DNA of 63,134 nt, filler included, from Chloroflexota bacterium (GTDB lineage: Bacteria > Chloroflexota > Chloroflexia > QHBQ01), in assembly GCA_043754535.1 (NCBI GenBank). It is 5 parts of 5 records of this genome, joined end to end, with 100 filler letters (N's around TTAATTAATTAA, not from the genome) between each part and the next. Parts side by side here need not be neighbours in the genome. Positions count along the whole stretch, not along the records: positions 27,558 to 36,532 come from JAYUUN010000109.1; positions 36,633 to 45,582 come from JAYUUN010000110.1; 3 more parts are not named here. One strand, 5' to 3'. The translations under genes and the position numbers were made by a program. This document shows, one piece after another, positions 32,232 through 42,247 of this stretch (positions within the stretch are counted from its first letter, which is position 1; each line of letters opens with the position of its first letter). Under the pieces are notes generated by a model. That model had not been told where the DNA came from. It saw only the letters and a list, made by a program, of their open reading frames with translations, and did no database searches.

Positions 32232-33545
32232 ATGGCCTATTCCCCACACACGACCGCCGAGCGCGAGGCGATGCTGAAGGCAATTGGCGTTGAACAGATT
32301 GAGGAGCTTTACACCGCTGTCCCTGGTGAGATGATGAACGCCCAGTTCGACTTCCCTCCCGCTCTCAGCGAGCCAGAACTGCACCGCCACCTGCGCGGGA
32401 TCAGCAGCAAGAATGCCGACGTGCTGACCCACCCCATCTTCCTTGGTGCGGGCGCGTATAACCACTTTACCCCCTCGGCTATCCGCTTCATCACCCAGCG
32501 CGGCGAGTTCCAGACCGCCTATACTCCCTACCAGCCAGAGTTGAGTCAGGGAACTTTGCAGAGCATCTACGAGTTCCAGACCCTCGTTTGCCAGATTGCG
32601 GGCATGGACGTTGCCAACGCCAGTATGTACGACGGAGCAACCAGCCTGGCCGAGGCTGCACTGATGGCGGTCAATGTAACGCGGCGCAAGAAGGTGATCA
32701 TCAGCGATGCGATCCACCCCGACAGCGAGGCTGTCCTGCGCACCTACGCTGACGGCCACCAGATCGAGGTGATCGCCACCGCCGACCCGATCAGCCACGC
32801 CGAACTGGGCGCAGCGGCTTGCGTGATCGTGCAGCACCCCGACTTCTTTGGCCGCATTACCGACCTCAGCGACTACGCGGCGAAGGTACATGATGCTGGT
32901 GGCTTGTTGATCATCGCCTTCTATCCTACCGCCCTCGGCCTGCTCAAGCCGCCTGGCGAATATGGCGCAGACATTGCAGTGGGCGAGGGGCAGTCTCTTG
33001 GTGTTGGCCTGCAATTCGGTGGCCCATATGTGGGGCTGCTAGCTTGCAAGACCCAGTACGTGCGGAGCATCCCTGGTCGCATCGTTGGGCAGACGAAGGA
33101 TAGCAAGGGTCAGCGGGCCTACGTGTTGACTCTGCAAACCCGCGAGCAGCACATCCGCCGCGAGAAGGCGACTAGCAACATCTGCACCAATGAAGCCCTG
33201 ATCGCCCTCAGCGCAACGGTCTACACCTGCTTGATGGGTAAGCAGGGCTTGCGGCGGGTAGCCGAGATGAGCTACAATCACGCCCACTACTTGGCCGAGC
33301 GCATTATGGAGCTACAAGGCTACAAGCTGCACTTTGCTGCTCCCTTCTTCAACGAGTTTGTGATAGACACGCCCATCCCCCCGGCTGACCTGAACAAGCG
33401 GCTCTGGGAGCAGGCTGGTATCATTGGTGGCTTTGATGTGAGCGCGAAGTTGGGCGGCAACGCCATGCTGCTTTGCACGACCGAGCAGAACACGAAGGAG
33501 CAACTCGATCAACTGGTTGGGCTGCTTGCCCAGTTTGGAAAGTAA
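32232..33545 (+). CDS. gcvPA: Glycine dehydrogenase subunit 1
   Basis: FLGAGAY, YTPYQPELSQG, NASMYDGA, REQHIRREKATSNICTN. Confidence 0.96.
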   Translation: MAYSPHTTAEREAMLKAIGVEQIEELYTAVPGEMMNAQFDFPPALSEPELHRHLRGISSKNADVLTHPIFLGAGAYNHFTPSAIRFITQRGEFQTAYTPYQPELSQGTLQSIYEFQTLVCQIAGMDVANASMYDGATSLAEAALMAVNVTRRKKVIISDAIHPDSEAVLRTYADGHQIEVIATADPISHAELGAAACVIVQHPDFFGRITDLSDYAAKVHDAGGLLIIAFYPTALGLLKPPGEYGADIAVGEGQSLGVGLQFGGPYVGLLACKTQYVRSIPGRIVGQTKDSKGQRAYVLTLQTREQHIRREKATSNICTNEALIALSATVYTCLMGKQGLRRVAEMSYNHAHYLAERIMELQGYKLHFAAPFFNEFVIDTPIPPADLNKRLWEQAGIIGGFDVSAKLGGNAMLLCTTEQNTKEQLDQLVGLLAQFGK

Positions 33546-33559
33546 CAGGGGAGAAGAAG

Positions 33560-35077
33560 ATGGAACCACTGATTTTTGAGATGAGCGTTCCCGGTCGGCT
33601 CGGTCACGACCTGCCAGCCAACGACGTGGCTGACTATGCGGCTCAGTTGCCGCAGCACTTCTTGCGGGCCGAACTACCACTGCCAGAGTTGAGCGAGCTG
33701 GACGTGATGCGGCATTTCGTGCGTCTCTCGCAATTGAACTACTCGATTGACAGCGGCTTCTATCCACTTGGTAGCTGCACGATGAAGTACAACCCGAAGG
33801 TGAACGAGGATGCCGCTGCGATGCCCGGTTTCGCCGCGATCCACCCCTTGCAGCCAGAGGATCAGGTGCAGGGTGCACTGCAAGTGATGTACAGCTTGCA
33901 GGAGATGCTGCGTAACCTGACTGGCATGGATGCTGTCACCTTGCAGCCAGCAGCAGGCGCGCATGGGGAGTTCACTGGCATGGCCCTGGTGCGCGCCTAT
34001 CACCGTTCGCGCAACGACCTGATCCGTACTGTCGTTATCGTACCGGAGTCGGCGCACGGCACCAACCCTGCCACCTGCGCGAGCCTGGGCATGAGCGTGC
34101 AGTCGCTCAAGACCGATGCGAACGGGGGAGTAGACATGGCGCAGCTACGCTCCTTGCTCAACGACAAGGTGGCAGGCGTGATGCTGACTCTGCCCAGCAC
34201 CCTCGGCTTGTTCGAGGCGAACATCTTGCAGATTGCGGAGATGGTTCACGCAGCGGGGGCATTGCTCTACTGTGATGGTGCGAACATGAACGCCCTGGTT
34301 GGCGAAATCCGCCCTGGCGATCTCGGCGTGGATGTGATGCACATCAATCTGCACAAGACCTTCACCACCCCGCACGGCGGTGGCGGCCCTGGCAGCGGCC
34401 CTGTCGCCTGCAAAGCAATCCTCGCGCCTTTCTTGCCCGCGCCCACCGTGGCCCAGGATGGTGACCGCTATACCCTGTTTACCCCAGAGCATAGCATCGG
34501 CAAGGTACGTGGCTTCCTCGGCAACTTTGGGATGCACATTCGGGCCTACACCTATATGCGGCAGCAGGGGGCGAAGGGGCTGAAGCAGGTCAGCCGCGAT
34601 GCCGTCCTCAATGCCAACTACATTCGGGTCAAGCTCGGCAACGCCTACACCATTGCCTACGACCGCCCTTGTATGCACGAAGCCGTCTTCAGCCTGAAGA
34701 AGATGAAGCAGGAGACGGGGGTCAAGACGATGGATGTCGCCAAGCGGTTGATGGATTACGGCTACCACGCCCCCACCGTCTACTTCCCGCTGATCGTCGA
34801 GGAGGCACTGATGATCGAGCCGACCGAGACCGAGAGCAAGGAGACGCTGGACGGCTTCATTGCCGCGATGCAAGCTATCGCTGCCGAAGCGCGGGAGAAC
34901 CCAGAACTAGTGAAGGGCGCACCGCACCACACCAAGCTGGGCCGCCTGGACGAAGTGACCGCTGCCCGCGAGCCGAAGTTGCGCTGGCTGCTGACCGACC
35001 CGCAGAGTGGCGGCAAGTTCGGCTCTGGCCGCAACCCCAACCTGACCAGCCAACTGGAACAACTGGAGCGGGATTAG
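33560..35077 (+). CDS. gcvPB: Glycine dehydrogenase subunit 2
   Basis: PLGSCTMKYNP, SAHGTNPA, PLP motif NLHKTFTTPHGGGGPG. Confidence 0.96.
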   Translation: MEPLIFEMSVPGRLGHDLPANDVADYAAQLPQHFLRAELPLPELSELDVMRHFVRLSQLNYSIDSGFYPLGSCTMKYNPKVNEDAAAMPGFAAIHPLQPEDQVQGALQVMYSLQEMLRNLTGMDAVTLQPAAGAHGEFTGMALVRAYHRSRNDLIRTVVIVPESAHGTNPATCASLGMSVQSLKTDANGGVDMAQLRSLLNDKVAGVMLTLPSTLGLFEANILQIAEMVHAAGALLYCDGANMNALVGEIRPGDLGVDVMHINLHKTFTTPHGGGGPGSGPVACKAILAPFLPAPTVAQDGDRYTLFTPEHSIGKVRGFLGNFGMHIRAYTYMRQQGAKGLKQVSRDAVLNANYIRVKLGNAYTIAYDRPCMHEAVFSLKKMKQETGVKTMDVAKRLMDYGYHAPTVYFPLIVEEALMIEPTETESKETLDGFIAAMQAIAAEARENPELVKGAPHHTKLGRLDEVTAAREPKLRWLLTDPQSGGKFGSGRNPNLTSQLEQLERD

Positions 35078-35144
35078 GGGCATAGCTGGCAGCGGGTAGT
35101 GCCGCCCCTTGCCACAACCGGATATCGAAAGGGGGGTGCCGAGG

Positions 35145-35534
35145 ATGCTACCCTGGGAGAAAAAAACGCGGGTGTTGTTGGTGGACGACTCCGCAGATAT
35201 GCGTGGCAACGTGCGCCGCCTGCTATCCTTCACCCCCACCATCGTGATCGTCGGCGAGGCCGCCAATGGCGAAGAAGCGGTCTTGCATTGTCGTGGCCTG
35301 CAACCGGATGTTGTGCTAATGGACCTCAGTATGCCACGCATGGATGGCGTGCAGGCGGCCCAGGCGATCCTCAAGGAGTACCCCGATACCTGTGTGGTGA
35401 TCATGTCGGCCTATGGCGAGCAGTACAATATTGACCGCTCGCTGGCCGCAGGCGCGCAGGCCTTCCTGATCAAGCCCTTCAGCATCGAAGTGTTGGTCGA
35501 GACGATCCAGCGGCTCCACCGCCCAGGCTCGTAG
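35145..35534 (+). CDS. Single-domain response regulator (NarL-like receiver)
   Basis: VLLVDD, PDVVLMDLSMPRMDG, FLIKP. Confidence 0.88.
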   Translation: MLPWEKKTRVLLVDDSADMRGNVRRLLSFTPTIVIVGEAANGEEAVLHCRGLQPDVVLMDLSMPRMDGVQAAQAILKEYPDTCVVIMSAYGEQYNIDRSLAAGAQAFLIKPFSIEVLVETIQRLHRPGS

Positions 35535-35577
35535 CAGCGTTGCTGTCTCCTGGCAGGTAGTCAAGCTGGAGGGTACT

Positions 35578-35931
35578 GTGGACAACTACGAGCTAGCCGA
35601 GAAGTTCAACAAGGAGCGGCATGAGATGAACCCCGCCGCCTACCAGGCGATGCGAGCCGAGGAGGCGCAGGCCGAGGCGGACGAGTGGTTCAAGATGACA
35701 GAGCGGCTGCTGCAACTGCGCTTCGTCGAGATGAAGTGTCCGCACTGCGACAAGCAATCTTTCACCGTGATCCTGATGCCGCAGCAAGTGTTCATTGCCT
35801 GCCGTGTCTGCACCCGCTTCCACCGCGGGCGGCTTGAGCCTGGCACGGTTAACAAAGAGGAGATCGTGGCGATGGCCGCTGCCTTCGACAAGCGCAACCG
35901 CAATGCTCTAGAGGTATTCGTGCGTGGCTAG
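35578..35931 (+). CDS. Hypothetical zinc-ribbon protein
   Basis: CPHC and CRVC pairs; RBS GGAGG before GTG. Confidence 0.7.
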   Translation: MDNYELAEKFNKERHEMNPAAYQAMRAEEAQAEADEWFKMTERLLQLRFVEMKCPHCDKQSFTVILMPQQVFIACRVCTRFHRGRLEPGTVNKEEIVAMAAAFDKRNRNALEVFVRG

Positions 35932-35940
35932 CTGGAGTTT

Positions 35941-36532
35941 ATGCTGATGACGACCTGGCGGGTGATCGACAGCGGCCCCGGTGCTGGGGCGATGAACATG
36001 GCGGTGGATGAGGCTCTGCTGCTCTCCTGCATCGCGGGCAATGATGGCTTCCCCACCCTGCGCTTCTTTGGCTGGCAGCGGCCTACCCTCAGCATCGGTA
36101 TCATGCAGGGGGTAGAGGCGGTGAGGCTGGATGTGTGCAAGGAGCGTGACATACCGCTGATCCGCAGGCCGACCGGCGGCAAGGCGGTGCTGCACCAGCA
36201 CGAGCTAACCTACTCTCTGGTGGGCAGCGACCACGACCCGCTCCTCAGCGGCAACGTGGTCGAAAGCTACCGCAAGATCAGCGGCGCACTGCTGGCGGCG
36301 TTGGCGAGCCTGGGGGTGCAGGCCGAACTCGCGCCGCCGGGTAGCTATCTGGCGACCAGCCGCAGCGATCACCCCGCGGCCTGCTTCGAGCAACCAGCGG
36401 ATTACGAGGTGAGCGTGGGTGGGCGCAAGCTGATCGGCTCGGCCCAGGCGCGAAGGCGTGGCGCACTCTTGCAGCAGGGCAGCATCCTGCTGGCGGTAGA
36501 CCTGCCTCTGCTGGTCAGCGTCCTCAACTACG
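35941..36532 (+). CDS. Lipoate-protein ligase / octanoyltransferase (LplA/LipM-like), cut by the contig break
   Basis: NMAVDEALL, RRPTGGKAVLH, GRKLIGSAQ; next to the gcv operon. Confidence 0.9.
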
Positions 36533-36632
36533 NNNNNNNNNNNNNNNNNNNNNNNNNNNNNNNNNNNNNNNNNNNNTTAATTAATTAANNNNNNNNNNNN
36601 NNNNNNNNNNNNNNNNNNNNNNNNNNNNNNNN
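36533..36632. other. Artificial contig linker
   Basis: N run with TTAATTAATTAA. Confidence 0.98.
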
Positions 36633-38067
36633 TGATGATCTTGTCTGTGCTATGTACATCTGGGCTGGGGCGCATCAGCACACTGCCTCGTTTGTACGGC
36701 AAGCTGTTCTTCCTAATCTCTACTGGCACCCTCAGTTCCTGGTAGGGATCGGCGGGCAGCTCCACCCGCCCAGAGGTGGTCTTGAACTTTGTGCCAATTA
36801 TGAACGAGTCGTCCTGACCCTCTATCTTTAGTGTGGGTGCAGCGTACAGTCTGATGTTGATGTACGTCTGGTGGGTGAAAATCAGCAAGACAACACTGCC
36901 TGCTCCAGGGCCATCAACAGCAGCAGGGGTGACAGTGGGTATGGCTGCAAGCTCTTGTACCACCACATCCTCTACTTTGTCGTCGTGGCCCAGCAAGGGC
37001 GCACTGTCCTGCCCTGGCTTGTCCAACCACTCCAATCCACTCGTCACCTGTCCTATTACCCCCTTGTTCAGCCCAACGTCCTCGTACTTTGCCAGGTTTA
37101 TGCCACTAAGGTCGGCAGTCTCCCCTCTGTTCCACAACAGACTACCTCGGCGTACCGGTAGCTTGCTCTGCCCGGCTGCCCGCAACTCGCTGCCCCCACC
37201 GTCCGAAATGCTTAGGCTGAGGTCTTGGTTGTTTATCATTGCCCCTTTATAGCGTTGGTAGTTCTGCACGAACAAGCCTACTCCTTCCGGTGCCTCGTTG
37301 CCGTACAACTCACCACCCAGTACCCGCCCACCGTTGAGCGTGATGGTGAACAGGTGGGTGACCTGGAAGCCGCTGATCATTGTTGGCGTGGCTGGCACTG
37401 CCGCCAGCGTCGCCACCGCCGCTGCTGTCTCGCTCAACTCTATCCCTGTCACCTGGCCACCAAAGTTAAGCTCGCCCAACAAGTTGAAGCCACTGACTAC
37501 CTGGCCGACTACCACATAGCCGGGGTACTCGGCATAGGGCGGGTTTTGATAGTTTAGGTAGTCTTTGCTACCCGTAGCTACATCGTGATTGAGGATAGCA
37601 AAGGAGCCAGCATTAACCTGACCTTGCTGGTCGAAGGGTAGTACCAGACTACCGCGCTTGTAGGCCAGGTTGTTGCGCTCCACCGCTACCAGGACGCTCG
37701 CTGCGGGGGTGTACTGTTCATCGCTCATGAACCAGGTGACGGCACTGGCTGATACCAACTGCCGGCCAACTGCTTGCTTGTAGTGCTGAGCGAAGGCTGC
37801 GACCAGGTGCGGAGCCGCGTCAGGATAGACCTCGACTAGCATGGTACCCTTGCTAGTCTCGATAGTCAGCAGTTGGCGATTGCGGGTGAGGTTGGCAGCC
37901 GAGCCGTCGGCAGTGGTAGTGGCAGCACTAACCAGTGGCAAGCTGGTGGGCGTAGCAGCAACCTGAGCAGGGTTGCCAGCAACATCACAACCAACCAGGC
38001 TGCTGCTGAGCGCAGCCACCACAAACAGTAGCAAGATGCTGATAAAGCGGGAGTGCTTACGGTACAT
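36633..38067 (-). CDS. Lipoprotein with three tandem degenerate cyclophilin-like domains, 3' end cut by the contig break
   Basis: Lipobox LVGC; TIETSKG...YPDAAP, YKRGSL, GQVVSG pattern repeated (LYGNEAP/VRRGSL/GQVTSG; LYAAP/YKRGSV). Confidence 0.7.
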
Positions 38068-39011
38068 CACGGCCTCCTTCGGTGGGAACAAGCATTGCGG
38101 GGGTGAGCAACTCAAGGGCGCGATGGACCAGCTTGCTCAGTTCGCCGCGGCTGATAGCCGCATTGGGCCGGAAGCAGAGGTTGCTGGCACAGGTCAGGCC
38201 ACTGATGATGCGCGCCTGGTAAAGGGTCTCCACATCCACATAGGCAAAGTAGTCGCTGGGTACATCAGCGAAGGTTGGACGCGTTGGTGTGTAGACGACC
38301 AGGTTGGCGGCCCGGCGCACTAGCTTCGCCACTTCACCCCGATTGATGTACTGAGCAGGCCGGTACGTACCGTCACCGTAGCCGCTGACTACCCCCGCTT
38401 GCACCGCCCCCTCGATGTAGCTGTAGAACACATTGCTTGCTGGCACATCGCTGAAGCTCGGCACCGCCGGGGTGGCGTGCGCCAGGCCAAAGCCGCGCAC
38501 TACTATCTTGGCGAACTCACCACGACTGCTACTCTGGTTTGGGGCGAAGCGATAAGTGCCATCCCCGTTAGGGTAGCCGTTGACGGTGCCAGTGCAAGCC
38601 AGGTAACGAATGTCCTGGTAGAACAGGTAGCCAGGTGCAAGATCGCTGAAACTGAGCAGGCAGGGGGTAGCGGTAGCGGTAGCGGGGAGGGGTGTACTGC
38701 TGGCTGAAGCAGTACTGGTAGCAGTAAAAGGCAGTGAAGATGCTGTCATTGCCATGCAGACCGTAAAAGCCGCCTGGTACACTGTGGTCGACGTGGGATG
38801 TGTAAGCCACTCTACGTTCTGTGGGAAAACTTAGTTCTAGGTATTCAGTGCTAGCAGACTCAGGTTGGTGCTGAATTGTAGCATCGGGTTTGGCAGCGAG
38901 AGCCATCGTGCTGGCCTTTGAAGGGAAAGACGTGACCCAGCTAAAGCTAAGGCTGGAGACTGCTACGATGACGACCAGGAACAGGCGACCGAAGGTCCAC
39001 TTGCTTCTCAT
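38057..39011 (-). pseudogene. Secreted SLH-domain protein gene, frame-broken (N-terminus out of frame with linker and SLH)
   Basis: ORF 38568-39011 has RBS and signal peptide; overlapping ORF 38057-38782 holds the Thr linker and three SLH repeats; frames switch near 38725. Confidence 0.75.
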
Positions 39012-39052
39012 TTCTTCATCCTCCTAATCAGGAAACTTAGTAAGTCGGTGGG

Positions 39053-40411
39053 CTACTTAAGCACTAGTGGGAATACAGCGATGTAACCATCAGGCATGGG
39101 TATCAGAGTTGTTACACTCCCGTCACTTGCTGACACAGAAACTATGCTGTTCTTGCCACTGGAGTCCGTTGAGGAAAGCACCAGGTACTTGCCCTCGCTT
39201 GTCCATGAGAGGGCGCGGTTCTTTGCCTCGCTCAGGTGAGTGAGTTGTGTAGGTACAGAACCATCAGCCTTAGCGATAAATATGTTGGTGCTGTTCTGTT
39301 CGGTGGACTGGTAATCAGCGTTAGTCACGTTGCTGTTCGCTCGCAGGAACGCAACCCTAGAACCATCAGGTGACCAAGCTGGCGAAGCATCCCAGCCCTG
39401 CTGGGGGGTCAATACCTGCTGACTGTTTTTAGTTGTTTCTAGAAGGTTGAGCTGCAGACTGGTTGAGCCACCGTCTTGGGAGGTGAGGAAGCTAATGTGC
39501 TTGTTGTCAGCTGACCACTTCGGTTCATACAGAGGCTTGAAAGAGTTACTGCCTGACACCTTTCTGGGATTACTCCCGTCAACCTGGTAGAGCCAGTAGC
39601 CACTGTCACCCCCAGAGATAACTTCGGAGAAGAAGGTGGTGCGGTCAGGTGAAAGGGCTGTCTGAACTTGGCTAGGCTGGGATAGCCACGTTACCTTGGT
39701 AAATGATGAGCCATCTCTAGCAATGATAGCGGGAGCGAGGTTCGTCTGAAGCACTATCCTATTGCTATCAAGCCAGCCGATGATGTAGTGGCTAGTAGTA
39801 GAGTAAAATGACCTGTAGGCTTCTTGGAACGCGAGGTTAGGCAGTGACTGAGCCAGGTTGGTAGTCAAGTTCACCGTCCATAGCAGGTTGGCATCATTAA
39901 AGCCCATTGATGAGTCGCGTAGAAGAACAGCTAGGTAGTTACGGTCAGGTGATGGCACTATGGATACGACACTCAATGATCCGTTCCACTTGGCGACAGG
40001 ATGTGCGGCCTTCACAGTGATGTTGTCTTGGCTAGTTAGGTAGCCTAGCCACAAGGTGAGGTCATCTTTGCCCTGAACTGTCCATACCATAGCATCGCTG
40101 TCAGCAGAGAACACAATAGGGTCTTTCGCCAGCATGGTTACAGAGGGCGGGTTGTGCTTGAACTGTTCAATATCAGGCGTGACTGCTACCTGCGAAGGTC
40201 TGGGGGCAGAGGTAGGATAGATGGGACTCTCCGTCGATACAGGTGTGGGGAACTGCGGTCGGTAAGATGTGCTAACTGGTGAGGGTAGTGAAGTACCACT
40301 CACTGATGCCTGACTAGATGATTGCTCGGTCGGGGAGCTGTAGTTACAGCCAGTTAGGGTTACTAGCACTAGGAACAGCACAGCTACTAGGCGATGTTTG
40401 GATCGTGTCAT
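39053..40411 (-). CDS. TolB-like (PD40) beta-propeller lipoprotein
   Basis: Lipobox LTGC; repeats SPDRNYLA, PKWSADNKHI, PAWSPDGSRVAF. Confidence 0.85.
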   Translation of the reverse strand: MTRSKHRLVAVLFLVLVTLTGCNYSSPTEQSSSQASVSGTSLPSPVSTSYRPQFPTPVSTESPIYPTSAPRPSQVAVTPDIEQFKHNPPSVTMLAKDPIVFSADSDAMVWTVQGKDDLTLWLGYLTSQDNITVKAAHPVAKWNGSLSVVSIVPSPDRNYLAVLLRDSSMGFNDANLLWTVNLTTNLAQSLPNLAFQEAYRSFYSTTSHYIIGWLDSNRIVLQTNLAPAIIARDGSSFTKVTWLSQPSQVQTALSPDRTTFFSEVISGGDSGYWLYQVDGSNPRKVSGSNSFKPLYEPKWSADNKHISFLTSQDGGSTSLQLNLLETTKNSQQVLTPQQGWDASPAWSPDGSRVAFLRANSNVTNADYQSTEQNSTNIFIAKADGSVPTQLTHLSEAKNRALSWTSEGKYLVLSSTDSSGKNSIVSVSASDGSVTTLIPMPDGYIAVFPLVLK

Positions 40412-40487
40412 GGTTGTTTGTACCTCCTCTTGTCTTACTTAGAACCGATCTGGGAACTCATACACTCAATGCCAGTGAGTACGATTG

Positions 40488-40868
40488 TTAACTAGTCGCC
40501 GCAACACCAAGCGGCTCATTGCCAACTGCATACCAGGCATATTCTTGATCCGCTTGAGCTTCTTCACGTTGGCGTTCCTTTCTGCCCGTCAGCCTAGAAG
40601 GAGAGGCGTTGACAACCACAACCCTACCACTGTACCTTGTTCCAGCCAACGCTGCTACGATTTGGGCTGTATAGGTCGGGAAGACATTGAGTAACCTGCC
40701 GACCAACTCAATGCTAACTGTATGCTTACCGGTCAGGTAGTCTGACAGGGTACTCTTAGGCAACCCACACCTCGCAGCCAGGGTTAGCTGGGTCAACTTG
40801 TACTCGGTCATGATCGCGTTCACTACCTGTACTATCGCTTGCTGTTGCCGTCGTCGTCCTGTCAACAT
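40488..40868 (-). CDS. Small XRE/Cro-type HTH regulator
   Basis: LTQLTLAARCGLPKSTLSDYLTG HTH_3 pattern. Confidence 0.8.
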   Translation of the reverse strand: MLTGRRRQQQAIVQVVNAIMTEYKLTQLTLAARCGLPKSTLSDYLTGKHTVSIELVGRLLNVFPTYTAQIVAALAGTRYSGRVVVVNASPSRLTGRKERQREEAQADQEYAWYAVGNEPLGVAATS

Positions 40869-41020
40869 CGCTTGCTCCCTCGCTGCGTCTGTCTCTTGCT
40901 TATTATAGGGGCAGGATACAGCTTAAATCAATAGGGCAGCTTGCCAGTTTCAGCAAAAGGTGATAATATTCGCTTGCTGCCTCTTGTTGGCACAAGCTCG
41001 TTTAGATTATTTTCCCGCCA

Positions 41021-42247
41021 TTGACCAGGTGGGAGATGGAACACACCGTGGTGGAGAGTGGTAGAACAGTCGGGTTGGCCGTGGCCGACAACCTGCTGCA
41101 CGTGCAGCGGCGCACCAGGCTTAACGATGCCGAACTCGAACGCAGGGCGAAGTTGGGCGACCGCTACTTGCAGAAGCTGCGGCTCGGCAAGATTGCTGAC
41201 CCTGCCTACTCGCTATTGTTGAGGCTGGCGGCGGTATGTGGGGTGAGCCTGGATCATTTGGTTAGCGGCCATCACCCTGCGCCTGTGGTGGTGATCCCGG
41301 CTGCCTACTATGCTGCTCGCTTTGGTCTACATCAGCCACTACTAGTCAGCGGGTTGGGGGTGATGGCCCAGCACCTGGCTCTCTGGTTGGCGGAGGGTGG
41401 CAGTTCACTGCCGCCGCTCGTAGCCTATCGCCCCAGCCCCAGCCTGATCCGCCTGGTCAACCTGCTAGATTGCACCGTCAACTTGCTGCTAACCGAGCTT
41501 GAGCAGGCTGGCGTTGAGGTGAAGCTGCGCCAAGCCGAGTTCGCCAACCTGAGTAACCGCTACCAACGGCTGGCTGAGGGACAGCGGCTGCTAGTGCTGT
41601 CCCTGGCGAGCAGCATGGTGAGTGGGGCGGAAGCTAGCCAGCCACCGGGCAACGGGGCTAAGTTGACCATCCTGCTGGGCGAAGTCGGCAGCCTGACAAA
41701 AAGTCAGCCGCCCGCAAGGGTAGTCGCTGCGGCCTCCCCCCAGGCCAACCTGGGTCTGACGGTGGCAGCCAACCTGATGGCTTTGCAACAGAGGGCGAGC
41801 ATAACGGATGCCGAGCTTGAGCGGCAAGCCCTACTAGGGCGCACTTACTTGCAGAAGCTGCGACAGGGAGCGATCAGTGAACCTGGCTATGCGGTGGTGG
41901 CCCAGCTTGCCGCCGCTTGCGGGGTGAGCAGCGGCTACCTGACTGGCGAAACAGAGCCGCAGCCGCTGCTCCTTGCGCCAGTACCGTTCTATGCGGCCCG
42001 CTATGGCCTGTTCAACCCTCTGTGCGTACGAGCGTTGGAGACGATAGCGGAGGTGGTGGTAGCGAACGGTGACCTGCGAACGGCGATCACACAGGCCCTG
42101 ATGACGCAGGCTGGCAATGGGGATGCAGCGACAGAGCCAGTGGCGCAGGAGCTGGCAGGGATGCAGGCAATCTACCTGCGCCTGCCAGCCGAGCAGCGGC
42201 AGTGGCTAACCTCGCTGATCGGCAGCTTGCCTACTAGCTCAGCTTAG
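41021..42247 (+). CDS. Regulator made of two tandem XRE-type HTH units (start uncertain, ATG 41036 possible)
   Basis: Internal duplication: DAELERRAKLGDRYLQKLRLG...CGVSLDHL versus DAELERQALLGRTYLQKLRQG...CGVSSGYL. Confidence 0.75.
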   Translation: MTRWEMEHTVVESGRTVGLAVADNLLHVQRRTRLNDAELERRAKLGDRYLQKLRLGKIADPAYSLLLRLAAVCGVSLDHLVSGHHPAPVVVIPAAYYAARFGLHQPLLVSGLGVMAQHLALWLAEGGSSLPPLVAYRPSPSLIRLVNLLDCTVNLLLTELEQAGVEVKLRQAEFANLSNRYQRLAEGQRLLVLSLASSMVSGAEASQPPGNGAKLTILLGEVGSLTKSQPPARVVAAASPQANLGLTVAANLMALQQRASITDAELERQALLGRTYLQKLRQGAISEPGYAVVAQLAAACGVSSGYLTGETEPQPLLLAPVPFYAARYGLFNPLCVRALETIAEVVVANGDLRTAITQALMTQAGNGDAATEPVAQELAGMQAIYLRLPAEQRQWLTSLIGSLPTSSA

